The notes beneath the pieces were generated by a model. That model saw nothing but the letters and a program-made list of their open reading frames with translations, had not been told where the DNA came from and did no database searches. 34,900 nt of DNA from Acidimicrobiaceae bacterium. GTDB taxonomy: Bacteria; Actinomycetota; Acidimicrobiia; Acidimicrobiales; Acidimicrobiaceae. The stretch is taken from assembly GCA_013044365.1 (NCBI GenBank), contig JABEUP010000063.1:1-34900 (forward strand), read 5' to 3'. A program made the translations under genes and the position numbers. This document shows, one piece after another, positions 8,304 through 19,832 of the stretch (positions are counted from its first letter, which is position 1; each line of letters begins with the position of its first letter).

Positions 8304-9041
8304 ATGTCGGCGAGCGATACCCCGCAGGTATATATATCAATGGCGGTAATCACCGCGATGCTACTGGGCATTGGGTGCTTATTAGCTAGAACTAGGCCTG
8401 GACCTTGGACAATTGTGGCCGCGCGCGTACTAGGGGTAGTGCTACTTGCCAAGGGCGCATTGTGGGTCTTTACCTCGCTGGATCCCGGTCCGTGGTCAGT
8501 TGAGACTGGGCTCCCGTTGTACCTGTGCGATATCGCTGTTTTTATCGCTGCGGCAGCATGCTTGTGGCGCATCCCGCTTCTGGTCGAACTTACCTATTTT
8601 TGGGGATTGGCGGGAGTTCTCCAGGCAATCATCACCCCGGAGTTACCCAACGGCTTTCCCCACCTTCTCTTCATCCAGTACACAGTCGGTCACTTGGCAG
8701 TGGTGTCTGCATCAGTATATCTGACGGTGGGGCTCCGCATCGTGCCGCGCAAGGGCGCTATATTACGTGTATTTGCCATCACGGTTGGTTACACAGCCGC
8801 TGTCGGGATTGTGGACTGGATTACTGGGGCTGACTATATGCTTTTGCGCTACCGTCCACCGACTTGGAGCCTTCTCTCTATTATGGGACCTTGGCCCTGG
8901 TACATTGTTGGCGCGGTGGGATTGGCGGTAGTTTTCTTTATGGTGCTCGATGCTCCCTTTTGGGCGGCTCGGCACCGAGAAAGAATCTCTTCCGGTGATC
9001 AATCCGGTGTCTACGAAGTATCAGCCCGGGAATCGAATTAA
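8304..9041 (+). CDS. integral membrane protein, TIGR02206 / YwaF-like family
   Basis: 245-aa ORF with about 7 hydrophobic helices. GLPLYLCDIAVF resembles the LPLHLC signature I recall for the YwaF family. The family assignment is from memory. Confidence 0.6.
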   Translation: MSASDTPQVYISMAVITAMLLGIGCLLARTRPGPWTIVAARVLGVVLLAKGALWVFTSLDPGPWSVETGLPLYLCDIAVFIAAAACLWRIPLLVELTYFWGLAGVLQAIITPELPNGFPHLLFIQYTVGHLAVVSASVYLTVGLRIVPRKGAILRVFAITVGYTAAVGIVDWITGADYMLLRYRPPTWSLLSIMGPWPWYIVGAVGLAVVFFMVLDAPFWAARHRERISSGDQSGVYEVSARESN

Positions 9042-9325
9042 AAGCTATGCTGTGGGATTGCCAATGATCCAAAACCGGTGGCAAGTTTAATAAACGATGG
9101 CCATTGACAAGACCTCTAGTGGCTTATTCAAGTTGGCTGATACGACCACACAAATCGTAAAGTTCATTGACGGCGCATTACGCTGCCCCGAAGAACAAGA
9201 ATCCCTTATCTTGAAGATGTCAATCGTCGATGTACCCGATCTTCGTTGTTTTTCAGCTGTTAAACAGCGATATCTTAGCGGAGGCACATCCGGGTTCGCT
9301 AGTCCCAAGGATGATTTTCGACTTA

Positions 9326-9345
9326 CCTTGCGCAATTTTGCAAGG
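9326..9345 (-). terminator. hairpin 4 nt downstream of the pepN stop (no U-tract)
   Basis: CCTTGC (9326-9331) pairs with GCAAGG (9340-9345) around an 8-nt loop. No T-run follows on the minus strand, so it is at best a U-less terminator. Confidence 0.3.
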
Positions 9346-9349
9346 GTGG

Positions 9350-12082
9350 TTACCGAATTGTCTCAAGTAGCCTTTTTCGGAATGTGAGGTAGATGGCGTA
9401 TTTCTCAAGGGTTTGCTTCAGGCTCTTTTCTCCCGTTGGGATTGGGTGGCTCTCGAAGAAGGTTCGGATCTTTCCTTCCAGAGAGTAGGACTCATCAGAT
9501 ATGAGAGCGGCGACTCCGGAAAGCATTCTCGGGATTGTATTGTCCGGGAACCTCTCCAAAAGTGCATCCCAGTTTTCAGTCAGGAAATTCCAGGTGAGAA
9601 CGCCGGATGTCCGTCCTGAGAGCAAGCTGGCAATTACGAACGGCCCGTTTTGGCTTCGGATTTCACCCAAGGTCATTTTGAGGACCTTCTTTATCAGCTC
9701 CGGATGTTCGAACTTGGTGAGGGCCATGAGATAACGGTTCTCCTCTTGGGGAGTCGAGGGATGACGGTACTTGTCGAGTATGAACGCAAAATCGGCCTCG
9801 TCGCCATTGGCAGCGACAACCGCTAAAACTGCTGAAACGATATTTGGGTCTATGTCTGACTCCGCCGACATTTCTTTTACAAAAAGATCCTTGCACTCGG
9901 CGATGGTTTCATTGTCATGACCTATAGTTCCAAGGGCTTCAATGACCGTTGCCCTGAGCCTTGCCAGCCCTTCCTGTTCGTCCGGCCGAGCTTCAAATCC
10001 GAGTTTGTCCAGAATGGGCAGCAAAGAATTGTTGCACCGTTTCGCCACTGCTTCCTGTTTTTCGGAGGAGGCCGCCAGGTCGATGAGGTGGAGCGCGGAG
10101 CTGATTAGTTCCCAAAGATTCGGGTCTTCCTCGTCTTTGACCGCTTCTATGAGTTCGAAAAAGTGGTCCACCCCAACCATTAATGACAGAGTCTGCGCCC
10201 AAAGGTCGCTGGCAAGATTGAATTTTTCCAGGTCTGCCAGCTGCGAGAAGTTAGCAAGTAGTCTTCCCGATAGTTCTTTGTCATAACTGACCCGGAAGAA
10301 ACCCCAGCCTCCTATGTTGGCAATTACCAGGTCGTGGGGATTCTGAAGCGGAAGTGTAATTGGTTCTGAGCCAAGCAGAAACTTGTGAAGCTGGGTTCCG
10401 ACTCTGACGCTTAGAGGCACGTTCCAAATTGTGCCAATTTGTGATTCCTCCTCGTTTATGCCTGCCCGTGCAAGATCAGAAAGATATGAGAAAGGCTTCT
10501 GAGAAATGGTGATCTCTGAATCATTTGAGCTGACATGGACGATTGGATAACCTCCTTGGAAAACCCAGTCGACCATTGTTTGGGCAATCGGCTGGTCGCT
10601 GGCTTCCTCCAATGCGGTCCAAAGGTCAGTGGTCTCAGCATTGGCAAACCGGTGTGAATTCAAGTATCTGGTTATTCCTGACCTGAAGGTGTCGGGGCCT
10701 AGGTAGCGCTCCAGCATGCGCAGTACGCTGGCTCCCTTCTCATAGGTCAGCACGTCAAACATGCCCTCGGCATCAGAGGGTTTGACAACTGTGAATTCGA
10801 TAGGCCTCGTGTTATGGAGACCGTCTGTGCCAAAAGCGGCACCCTTTGAAAGCCCGAAGGATACCCACCGATTCCACTCCGGATTGAAATGGTCGGTTGC
10901 CAGCAGTTCCATGAATGTCGCAAAGGCCTCGTTAAGCCAAAGCCCGTTCCACCACTTCATTGTCACCAGGTCGCCAAACCACATGTGCGCGATTTCGTGA
11001 CTTATTACATCGACGACTCTTTCAAGCTCTGAACTTGATGATCTTTCAGGGTCAACCAGCAACAGTGTCTCTCGAAAGGTGACTGCCCCAAGATTTTCCA
11101 TCGCTCCGAATGCGAAGTCGGGGATTGCGATCAGGTCCAGCTTGCTTCCCGGATATGGGATTGAAAACCAATCGGTAAAAAATTCGAGTGCATGTGCAGC
11201 CGCCTTTAGTGCAAATTGGTGGAGGTGGCTCTGGCCTGGCTTGGAGATAATGCGGATTGGGGTATCCCCGCTCATGTGTGGTGGTGATGCTTCGAGAGGT
11301 CCAATGACGAACGCAACCAGATAGGTTGACATTGGTATGGTGTCCGCGAATGCGACTCTCTTGTAGCCGCCACCAAGATCCGTCGTGCCAATGTCCGGGG
11401 CATTTGAGACTGCAAGATAGTCGGACGGTGTGTCCAGTTCGATCGCGAATACTGCTTTGAGGTCAGGTTCGTCAAAGCAGGGAAAGGCCTTCCTGGCATC
11501 AGTAGCCTCGAACTGGGTTGTAGCAATGTAATGAGTGTTGCCGTTCTCGTCGGTGAACTTGCTTCTATAAAATCCTGAAAGTTGATCATTCAGAGATCCT
11601 TGAAAAGTAATTTCAAGGACGGCATGGCCGGGTTCCAAGGTCCCTTCGAAAGACAATGTCACCCGTTCCAATTCAGAATCTAATTCTATTCTGCAGTCGT
11701 GGGTTGTTCCTTCTTGGTCCACTTTGGCGAAGTCTATTTCAAGTTCCGTGGCGTTAAGGACAATTGAACTTGAACTCTCGTCAATCCTGATGTTTACCAA
11801 CTCGTATCCGGTAAACCTGAATGTCTCAAAATCAGGCCTTATCCGGATGGCATATTTGGTAGGTACTATGTTTCTTGGCAATCTGAAGTTAGTTGAGGTA
11901 TCCACAGAGGTTACGGTAGCTGATTCAGAAAGAAATTGAAAGCTGTGATTATGCGGATTGCAAAATATCTTCTTATGGACCGGATCGGCAGCCATGCCAG
12001 CGAGTGCTGGGTGGGCACGGATGGGAGTTGATGAAGGGCGTTCAATCGAGGTCGTGGCGTTGGGAAGTGCGATAGTTGACAT
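9350..12082 (-). CDS. pepN: M1-family aminopeptidase N
   Basis: Carries GAMEN (FGAMENLG), the HEXXH-x18-E zinc site (HEIAHMWFGDLVTMKWWNGLWLNEAF) and an ERAP1-like C-terminal domain. The coordinates are the maximal ORF (910 aa). That start would overlap the divergent PfkB ORF, so in-frame ATG 11995 or GTG 11905 (VDTSTNFRLPRNIVPTKY, giving 851 aa) is more likely. Confidence 0.9.
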   Translation of the reverse strand: MSTIALPNATTSIERPSSTPIRAHPALAGMAADPVHKKIFCNPHNHSFQFLSESATVTSVDTSTNFRLPRNIVPTKYAIRIRPDFETFRFTGYELVNIRIDESSSSIVLNATELEIDFAKVDQEGTTHDCRIELDSELERVTLSFEGTLEPGHAVLEITFQGSLNDQLSGFYRSKFTDENGNTHYIATTQFEATDARKAFPCFDEPDLKAVFAIELDTPSDYLAVSNAPDIGTTDLGGGYKRVAFADTIPMSTYLVAFVIGPLEASPPHMSGDTPIRIISKPGQSHLHQFALKAAAHALEFFTDWFSIPYPGSKLDLIAIPDFAFGAMENLGAVTFRETLLLVDPERSSSSELERVVDVISHEIAHMWFGDLVTMKWWNGLWLNEAFATFMELLATDHFNPEWNRWVSFGLSKGAAFGTDGLHNTRPIEFTVVKPSDAEGMFDVLTYEKGASVLRMLERYLGPDTFRSGITRYLNSHRFANAETTDLWTALEEASDQPIAQTMVDWVFQGGYPIVHVSSNDSEITISQKPFSYLSDLARAGINEEESQIGTIWNVPLSVRVGTQLHKFLLGSEPITLPLQNPHDLVIANIGGWGFFRVSYDKELSGRLLANFSQLADLEKFNLASDLWAQTLSLMVGVDHFFELIEAVKDEEDPNLWELISSALHLIDLAASSEKQEAVAKRCNNSLLPILDKLGFEARPDEQEGLARLRATVIEALGTIGHDNETIAECKDLFVKEMSAESDIDPNIVSAVLAVVAANGDEADFAFILDKYRHPSTPQEENRYLMALTKFEHPELIKKVLKMTLGEIRSQNGPFVIASLLSGRTSGVLTWNFLTENWDALLERFPDNTIPRMLSGVAALISDESYSLEGKIRTFFESHPIPTGEKSLKQTLEKYAIYLTFRKRLLETIR

Positions 12083-13025
12083 GTTCTGCCAAGTCCCGGA
12101 GGGTTACGTTGAGCAACTTGGGATTCAGAAAGGCTCGATGCGGCTTGTCGGACCTGAAATATCGGATTCTGTCATAAAGCTCCTGGGTAAGGTTGAGGTC
12201 AGAGGCGGGGGATCTGCGGCAAATACCTTGGTGGGAATGGCAAATTTGGGGCACAAGGTCACTCTTATTGCCAGAACTGATCTCGATACCTTTGGAAATC
12301 AGTATGTCAGCGATCTTGTGGAATGCGGAGTAGACGTCGTAAGGCCAAATATCGCGCACGACCTTGGAACCGGCCGCTGCCTTGTGATGGTTACTCCGGA
12401 CGGCGAACGTACAATGGCCACATGGCTCGGAGCCGCCTCGCATCTGCAATTAGACGATAACTCCAAAGCCGTCATTGCGGATTCAAAGCTACTTTACATA
12501 GAAGGTTACCTGTATGATCTGGATAGCACCAAGGCGCAGATTCATTCTGCGATAGATGTTGCCGTAAAATACAATGTACAAATAGCGCTCTCCTTATCGG
12601 ACCCGTTTTGTGTTTCAAGGCACCGCGACGAGTTTCAAGATCTTCTGGATGGTCCGGTGGCCATAGTTTTCGCCAATAAGGAGGAGTCCCGGATACTTAC
12701 AGGTTTGGAAGATCCAGAGCAGATTGTTACGGTTCTGCGGAGAAAATCCCTGTCAGGTGCTGTCACTCTTGGATCATCGGGCGCCATCGTATTTGATCAA
12801 TCCGGGAGTTTCCACGTTCCCGCCCAGAGAGTTGATCCTATTATAGACACTACCGGTGCAGGCGATCTCTTCGCTGCTGGCTACCTGCACGGTGTTTTGA
12901 TGGGGGGGGACAAAAGAATTCAGCAGTGTGGTATGTATGGAGTTGCATGTTCGGCAGAGGTACTGTCCCATTTCGGTGCCAGGCCCAACATCAATCTTCG
13001 GCACCTAATAGACGATTTTTCCTGA
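12021..13025 (+). CDS. PfkB-family carbohydrate/nucleoside kinase
   Basis: N-terminal VVALGSAIVDM, a GG dipeptide motif, and the C-terminal DTTGAGDLFAAGYLHG ATP/anion-hole motif. The ORF is open from 11958. ATG 12021 (MGVDEGRSIEVVALG) is chosen to avoid overlap with pepN, and ATG 11994 is also possible. Confidence 0.85.
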   Translation: MGVDEGRSIEVVALGSAIVDMFCQVPEGYVEQLGIQKGSMRLVGPEISDSVIKLLGKVEVRGGGSAANTLVGMANLGHKVTLIARTDLDTFGNQYVSDLVECGVDVVRPNIAHDLGTGRCLVMVTPDGERTMATWLGAASHLQLDDNSKAVIADSKLLYIEGYLYDLDSTKAQIHSAIDVAVKYNVQIALSLSDPFCVSRHRDEFQDLLDGPVAIVFANKEESRILTGLEDPEQIVTVLRRKSLSGAVTLGSSGAIVFDQSGSFHVPAQRVDPIIDTTGAGDLFAAGYLHGVLMGGDKRIQQCGMYGVACSAEVLSHFGARPNINLRHLIDDFS

Positions 13026-13156
13026 CGGCCGTGCGGCTCGGCCTCTTGTGAGTTATCTGGAAAGAATCTAAGATGCTGCTCGCTCAAACGGACGAGCATC
13101 GAGGCGATCCACGGGCCAAGCGGACCCATCCTGTCGGTGAGTTTCCCTTTTTTAGG

Positions 13157-13411
13157 TCAGCCTGCTTTTGCTAAAACCAAACTCGCGTCAAATCCAATTT
13201 CAAGCTCGAACTCGGGCGCCATTTCCTTCCCGAGAGCGCTTTCGCTGTTGATCGCCGACGATCTTTCCAAGATAAGTCCCAGCGCTTGGGATGATCTCTC
13301 ATCCAGTGCGGCCGTTACGGATATCATAGGTGAAGGTTCAATCATATTGATGGCGCCAATGGCCATTTCGATTCCAACCTCAAGTAATTCAGGCTCGCCC
13401 ACACCGATCAT
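13157..13411 (-). CDS. hypothetical small acidic protein (84 aa)
   Basis: ATG-initiated ORF with an ordinary composition rich in E, L, A, G and I. The overlapping + strand ORF is Ser-rich, as expected for an antisense shadow. No SD and no recognisable family. Confidence 0.3.
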   Translation of the reverse strand: MIGVGEPELLEVGIEMAIGAINMIEPSPMISVTAALDERSSQALGLILERSSAINSESALGKEMAPEFELEIGFDASLVLAKAG

Positions 13412-13558
13412 CCAGGAGCAGTAAATGCTCTGACTTTATACGGGCCATTCAAGGTTAATGTCGACGCTCATGTTGGACGGATTGACTTCGCCAGGACGCG
13501 TAACAATTTTCGTAATGGATATCTCCGAGACAGAGGTCTAGCAGCAAGTGTTCCTGAT

Positions 13559-14557
13559 GTGGGAGCGATTCCAGCATGGCAGATTTTGACTTTGCTGCAT
13601 TACTCGGATGAGATTGTCAAAAACATGGTCTATCATGTCACTCTAACTCTAGTTGACAGGCTAGTTTTGGCTTACGTGGATAATAGATGGATTGAAAGAC
13701 GAGTACTCTCATATGCCCATCGTGGAGGCTCCTTTGAGGCTCCGTCAAGTACGATCGGAGCTCTTGGGAGCGCGCGCGAGGCTGGGGTGTCTGGACTTGA
13801 GTTAGATGTCCACTCCACGTCTGACGGAGTGCTTATCTGCTGTCACGATGATGTTGTTGACACTACGACCGATGGCAAAGGCAGGGTTTCAAGGCTTACC
13901 TGGAGTCAGATCGAGGCGCTCAACGCAGGATTCTGGTTCGTTCCGAACTTTAGAACCAGTGTCGTTCAAGCCCGGCCAGAGAATGAATACGTATATCGGC
14001 AAGAGCGTTTGCGTGGGGAAATGACCCGGTTGGCTCGGGTTGACGAGGTGCTTGGCAATTTCCCTGACATGATTCTGAATTTTGACATAAAATCCACCTC
14101 GCCTTCAGTGGAGCCATACGAGGAGAAATTGGCAGACCTGATCCTGGCTCATGATGCGGTCGACCGAGTTATCGTCAGTTCTTTTTTGGATTCGGCCATA
14201 TGGAGAATAAGACAGAGCAATCCGAATATATCTACCTCCGCCGCTCCCGGAGAGATCAGCGAGTTCTATTTCGCGCTGGTTTCAGGACGCCAGGAAGCAA
14301 TAGATGTTGCAAGGCTTGCGCCATATGTTGCCTTCCAGATTCCCCGGTTCTTCGGCGAGGTCGAGTTGGCGACTCCCAAATTCATCGATGCCGCCCATGC
14401 CGGAGGCAAAGCAGTGCATGTGTGGACTATAAATGACCGCGATGCAATGGAGGCGCTGATTCGGATGGGTGTTGACGGCATTATTAGCGACCAGCCAAGC
14501 CTTTTGGTGCCGGTGATAGAAGAGAGTGCTACGCATTATCGCTATAGGTCAAACTAG
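13559..14557 (+). CDS. glycerophosphodiester phosphodiesterase (GDPD family)
   Basis: VLSYAHRGGSFEAPSSTIGA...GLELDVHSTSDGVLICCHDDVVDTTTDGKG...VHVWTINDRDAMEALIRMGVDGIISDQP matches the GDPD HRG...E.D...HD pattern. The coordinates are the maximal ORF from GTG 13559. The domain starts about 45 aa in, so ATG 13625 or GTG 13676 may be the true start. Confidence 0.85.
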   Translation: MGAIPAWQILTLLHYSDEIVKNMVYHVTLTLVDRLVLAYVDNRWIERRVLSYAHRGGSFEAPSSTIGALGSAREAGVSGLELDVHSTSDGVLICCHDDVVDTTTDGKGRVSRLTWSQIEALNAGFWFVPNFRTSVVQARPENEYVYRQERLRGEMTRLARVDEVLGNFPDMILNFDIKSTSPSVEPYEEKLADLILAHDAVDRVIVSSFLDSAIWRIRQSNPNISTSAAPGEISEFYFALVSGRQEAIDVARLAPYVAFQIPRFFGEVELATPKFIDAAHAGGKAVHVWTINDRDAMEALIRMGVDGIISDQPSLLVPVIEESATHYRYRSN

Positions 14558-14594
14558 GCTGGATGTGGAGTTTCGTTCTACTTAGAGGAGTTTA

Positions 14595-15626
14595 ATGAAA
14601 GTTTTGGTTGCAATGTCTGGAGGGGTCGATTCTTCAGTTGCAGCTGCCCTTTTGGTAGAACAGGGCCATGAAGTCGTAGGAGCTACTATGAAGCTCTGGG
14701 GTGGGTCCTCTGATTCGGGATGCTGCTCTGTTTCTGATGTTGAGGACGCCAGGAGGGTGGCGTCTCAAATTGGCATTGATCACTATGTCTTCAATTTCAC
14801 CGAGGAATTTGAGGAGAAAGTGGTCAAGTTTTATGTCAATTCCCACCAAAATGGCTTGACGCCGAACCCATGCATTGAATGCAACAGGCATCTTAAATTC
14901 AGTACTTTTATTGAGCGGGCGAAGACTCTCGGTTTTGACTTTGTTGCCACCGGGCACCATGCACGTGTGCTCAAGTCCAATGGTGTCGCCAGACTGACCC
15001 GTGGTACAGATTTGGCCAAAGATCAGTCATATGTGCTGTCGATGCTTCAAAATGGTCAGCTCGAATACCTTATGCTTCCAGTCGGTGAAATCACTAAAGA
15101 TCGGGTTAGGGAAATTGCCAGAGAGATGTCTCTGCGAACTGCACTCAAGCCCGACTCCCAAGATGTGTGTTTTATCACCTCCTCAACTGGCAGGGACGGA
15201 TTCCTTTCTAAGCGGATTGAACTCCACTCTGGTGAACTCTACGACAGCTCGACTGGAGACAGAGCAGGTGCCGTGGATTCCATCGAGCTGGTTACTGTTG
15301 GCCAGCGCAAGGGGTTGGGAACATTGGGTGATGGGGCGGCCCGATATGTGGTAAGCGTGGATGTGCCAGCCAGGAAGGCTTTTCTTGGCCGCCAGTCGGA
15401 TTTGATGGTAAACACGATTGCCTTTCATTCTCTCACGGTTTCCCACGAGCCAATAGATGAGGGAGAGCTCGTAGAAGTACAGGGTTCTGCCCATGGAAGA
15501 ACGTCAAGAGCTGTATTTTTTAGGGATTGCGTAAAGTTTGAAGAGCCCCACCGTAAAGTTGCTCCAGGGCAAACTCTGGCCTTTTACCGTAATGACGTTG
15601 TAATTGGATCAGCGATAGCGTGTTAG
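14595..15626 (+). CDS. mnmA: tRNA 2-thiouridine(34) synthase
   Basis: PP-loop MKVLVAMSGGVDSSVAA, NPCIECNRHLKF, ATGHHAR, and KDQSYVL. ATG lies 5 nt after AGAGGAG. Confidence 0.95.
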   Translation: MKVLVAMSGGVDSSVAAALLVEQGHEVVGATMKLWGGSSDSGCCSVSDVEDARRVASQIGIDHYVFNFTEEFEEKVVKFYVNSHQNGLTPNPCIECNRHLKFSTFIERAKTLGFDFVATGHHARVLKSNGVARLTRGTDLAKDQSYVLSMLQNGQLEYLMLPVGEITKDRVREIAREMSLRTALKPDSQDVCFITSSTGRDGFLSKRIELHSGELYDSSTGDRAGAVDSIELVTVGQRKGLGTLGDGAARYVVSVDVPARKAFLGRQSDLMVNTIAFHSLTVSHEPIDEGELVEVQGSAHGRTSRAVFFRDCVKFEEPHRKVAPGQTLAFYRNDVVIGSAIAC

Positions 15627-17687
<2,061 letters not shown>

Positions 17688-17841
17688 GACTAACTTCCCT
17701 TCACGCAGGCACAAAAGATCGATTGGGCGTAGATGGTTTTGCGAATGGATTATGGTGGATGGGAGTCGCGTCAGGAAGCAATAGTGGGATGATGCTTCAG
17801 GTGCACTTCATAGATTGTGCTCTAATTGGAGAGGCTTTTTA

Positions 17842-19830
17842 GTGTACTCAGCTCGGCTCCAAGAAAATATAGGGAAGATTCTGCACGGTCGATATACACT
17901 GGTAGCTGCCATTGGCCAGGGTGCATCCGGTGACGTTTACCTGGCCCAGGATCTCTCACTGGGACGCAAGGTTGCAATCAAGCTCTTGCACTCTTCTCTA
18001 GCCGGTGACGCATTTTTTCTGAAGAGATTTCAATCTGAAGCCAAGTCAGCCGCCAGTTTGAACCATCCGAATATCATGCGGGTTTTTGACTGGGGTGAAT
18101 CTGGGAGCACGCCGTATCTTGTTCTAGAGTATTTGGCTGGCGGCTCTTTGCGCGAGTATCTGAATACCGGGGAGTTGCTAAGCGAGTCACAGGCAGCTTC
18201 GCTGATGCTCCAAGTCGCTCAAGGTCTTTCATATGCACATGGGCGTGGTTATGTTCACCGCGATATCAAACCCGCAAACTTGTTGTTCGACGATGAAGCC
18301 AGAATCCGAATAGCAGACTTCGGTCTGGCGAGGGCTCTTTCTGAAGCAGCTTGGACTGAGCCGGTTGGAACTCTGATGGGTACTGCACGCTATGCTGCGC
18401 CCGAGCAGGCACTTGCTAAGGACAGTGACCGGAGCTCGGACGTCTATTCGCTCGGACTCGTGATATACGAAGCCCTTCTCGGCTATCTGCCATTTACAGG
18501 AGATACCACGGTATCACTGTTAATGGCGCGGATTCATCGGGACGTTAGTGTTCCTGAAGGGTCCGGGACTCTGAAGCCGATACTGGAATCTTGCCTGAGG
18601 TTGAGTTCCGAGGAAAGGATCTCCTCAACGGACCTGGTGTTCCAGCTTGAGAAACTGGTGAGGGTTTTGGAGCCACCAACTTCGCTGAAGGTAAGCGGCC
18701 CGTCTCCGATGATCACAGATGAGAACGGGGACCTTACGGAGGTGGGGGGGATATCTTCGTTTGCGAACGGCACGACCCTGGCATCTTCTCAGGGTTCTGC
18801 TGATGACAGGGGTCACCAGTCTCCAATCAAACCGATTTTGCCAGACCTCCTCGACGCTGGGAGTAATAGTGCGACACTTATTGCCCCCAAATTGAAGGTA
18901 TCTCGTCGTCACGGCGCTCCTTTGGCGCTTTGGCACAAAAGGCGCTCACTTTGGTTTGCCATTGTGGCATTTGTTCTGATCGTGCTAATTGCCGCTCTTT
19001 CGTTGTTTGGCCTGGGTTCCAAGCTCTATTCTGCTGTGTTCTCCACCAAGGTCCCTCCGGTGGTTGGTGATACTTTGGCTGCCGCGGAAAGTGCCATATC
19101 AGCCTCACACCTCAAGGTTGGAGGTATCACTTATACCTATTCCCCATCGGTGAAGAGCGGGCAGGTCAGCGGAGAGGCGCCCAAGAGTGGAACGTTGCTC
19201 TCAAGAGGAAAGCCAGTTAGTTTGGTAGTGTCAAAAGGTCCGGCCCCTGTTGCGATACCGCCAGTTGTCGGGCTCTCCGCCACTGCTGCGGAGAACATGG
19301 TCAAGTCGTTGGGCCTCATTCCTGTTATCGAGCAAAGTTATTCAGAAACTGCCCCCCTTGATCAGGTGATCTCAGTTACTCCGGCAGCTGGGGTGATGGA
19401 ACAGGTACAAAGCAAGGTCACCCTTACCGTCAGCAAGGGACCCGCTCCTAGGCAGGTTCCAAATCTAGTTGGTCAAACCGAACAGAACGCTGTTAGCCAA
19501 CTCCAGGCCTTGGCACTGGTTCCTTCGGAGAGCCAGGGTTATTCCACTACGGTGCCCAAGGGAACTGTGATCTCCCAAGCGCAGTCTCCGGGTTCGATGG
19601 TGCAGCGGGGATCGACGGTGTCTTTCATAGTTTCAAAGGGCCCCCAAATTATAAAGGTGCCTAATGTGGTTGGAGACACGCTCCAACAGGCCGAAGCTGT
19701 GTTGAACCAGTCTGGTCTAACGGTTGGCTCCGTTTACAGCTATTTTGGATCCAATACAGTTGTTGCAACCAGTCCAAGGGCGGGAACCAACGTGCAGGCC
19801 GGATCCTCGGTGGCACTTATTACAGGTTAG
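17842..19830 (+). CDS. Ser/Thr protein kinase with four extracellular PASTA domains (PknB-like)
   Basis: IGQGASGDVY, VAIK, HRDIKPANLL, DFG and APE motifs. One TM helix (LWFAIVAFVLIVLIAALSLFGL), then four repeats of about 65 aa, the first three ending in SKGP. GTG 17842 lies 7 nt after GGAGAGG, and the ORF is open from 17815. Confidence 0.9.
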   Translation: MYSARLQENIGKILHGRYTLVAAIGQGASGDVYLAQDLSLGRKVAIKLLHSSLAGDAFFLKRFQSEAKSAASLNHPNIMRVFDWGESGSTPYLVLEYLAGGSLREYLNTGELLSESQAASLMLQVAQGLSYAHGRGYVHRDIKPANLLFDDEARIRIADFGLARALSEAAWTEPVGTLMGTARYAAPEQALAKDSDRSSDVYSLGLVIYEALLGYLPFTGDTTVSLLMARIHRDVSVPEGSGTLKPILESCLRLSSEERISSTDLVFQLEKLVRVLEPPTSLKVSGPSPMITDENGDLTEVGGISSFANGTTLASSQGSADDRGHQSPIKPILPDLLDAGSNSATLIAPKLKVSRRHGAPLALWHKRRSLWFAIVAFVLIVLIAALSLFGLGSKLYSAVFSTKVPPVVGDTLAAAESAISASHLKVGGITYTYSPSVKSGQVSGEAPKSGTLLSRGKPVSLVVSKGPAPVAIPPVVGLSATAAENMVKSLGLIPVIEQSYSETAPLDQVISVTPAAGVMEQVQSKVTLTVSKGPAPRQVPNLVGQTEQNAVSQLQALALVPSESQGYSTTVPKGTVISQAQSPGSMVQRGSTVSFIVSKGPQIIKVPNVVGDTLQQAEAVLNQSGLTVGSVYSYFGSNTVVATSPRAGTNVQAGSSVALITG

Positions 19831-19832
19831 AA

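Noticed and set aside
9087-9387. Overlapping 96-aa (+) and 82-aa (-) ORFs in the 308-nt spacer after the YwaF-like gene.
   Set aside because: Neither has an SD or a recognisable domain. The + ORF would overlap the pepN 3' end by 38 nt, and the - ORF is Arg/Ser/Cys-rich. The + ORF looks mildly protein-like, but I cannot support it.
11958-12082. Apparent 125-nt head-to-head overlap of the pepN and PfkB maximal ORFs, including a CATG (11993-11996) that gives an ATG on both strands.
   Set aside because: This is most likely an artefact of taking the longest ORFs. The M1 peptidase fold starts near RLPRNIVPTKY and the PfkB fold near VVALGSAIVD, so downstream starts (11905 or 11995, and 12021) remove the overlap.
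12920-13129. 69-aa minus-strand ORF overlapping the PfkB 3' end.
   Set aside because: About half of it is antisense to a confident gene, and it has no SD or family. It is mentioned only because it lies in frame with the small ORF 13157-13411 beyond that ORF's TGA.
13137-13424. 95-aa + strand ORF, Ser-rich (MSFPFLGQPAFAKTKLASNPISSSNSG...).
   Set aside because: Its composition is what is expected from the antisense shadow of the E/A/L/G-rich minus-strand ORF 13157-13411. GTG start without an SD.
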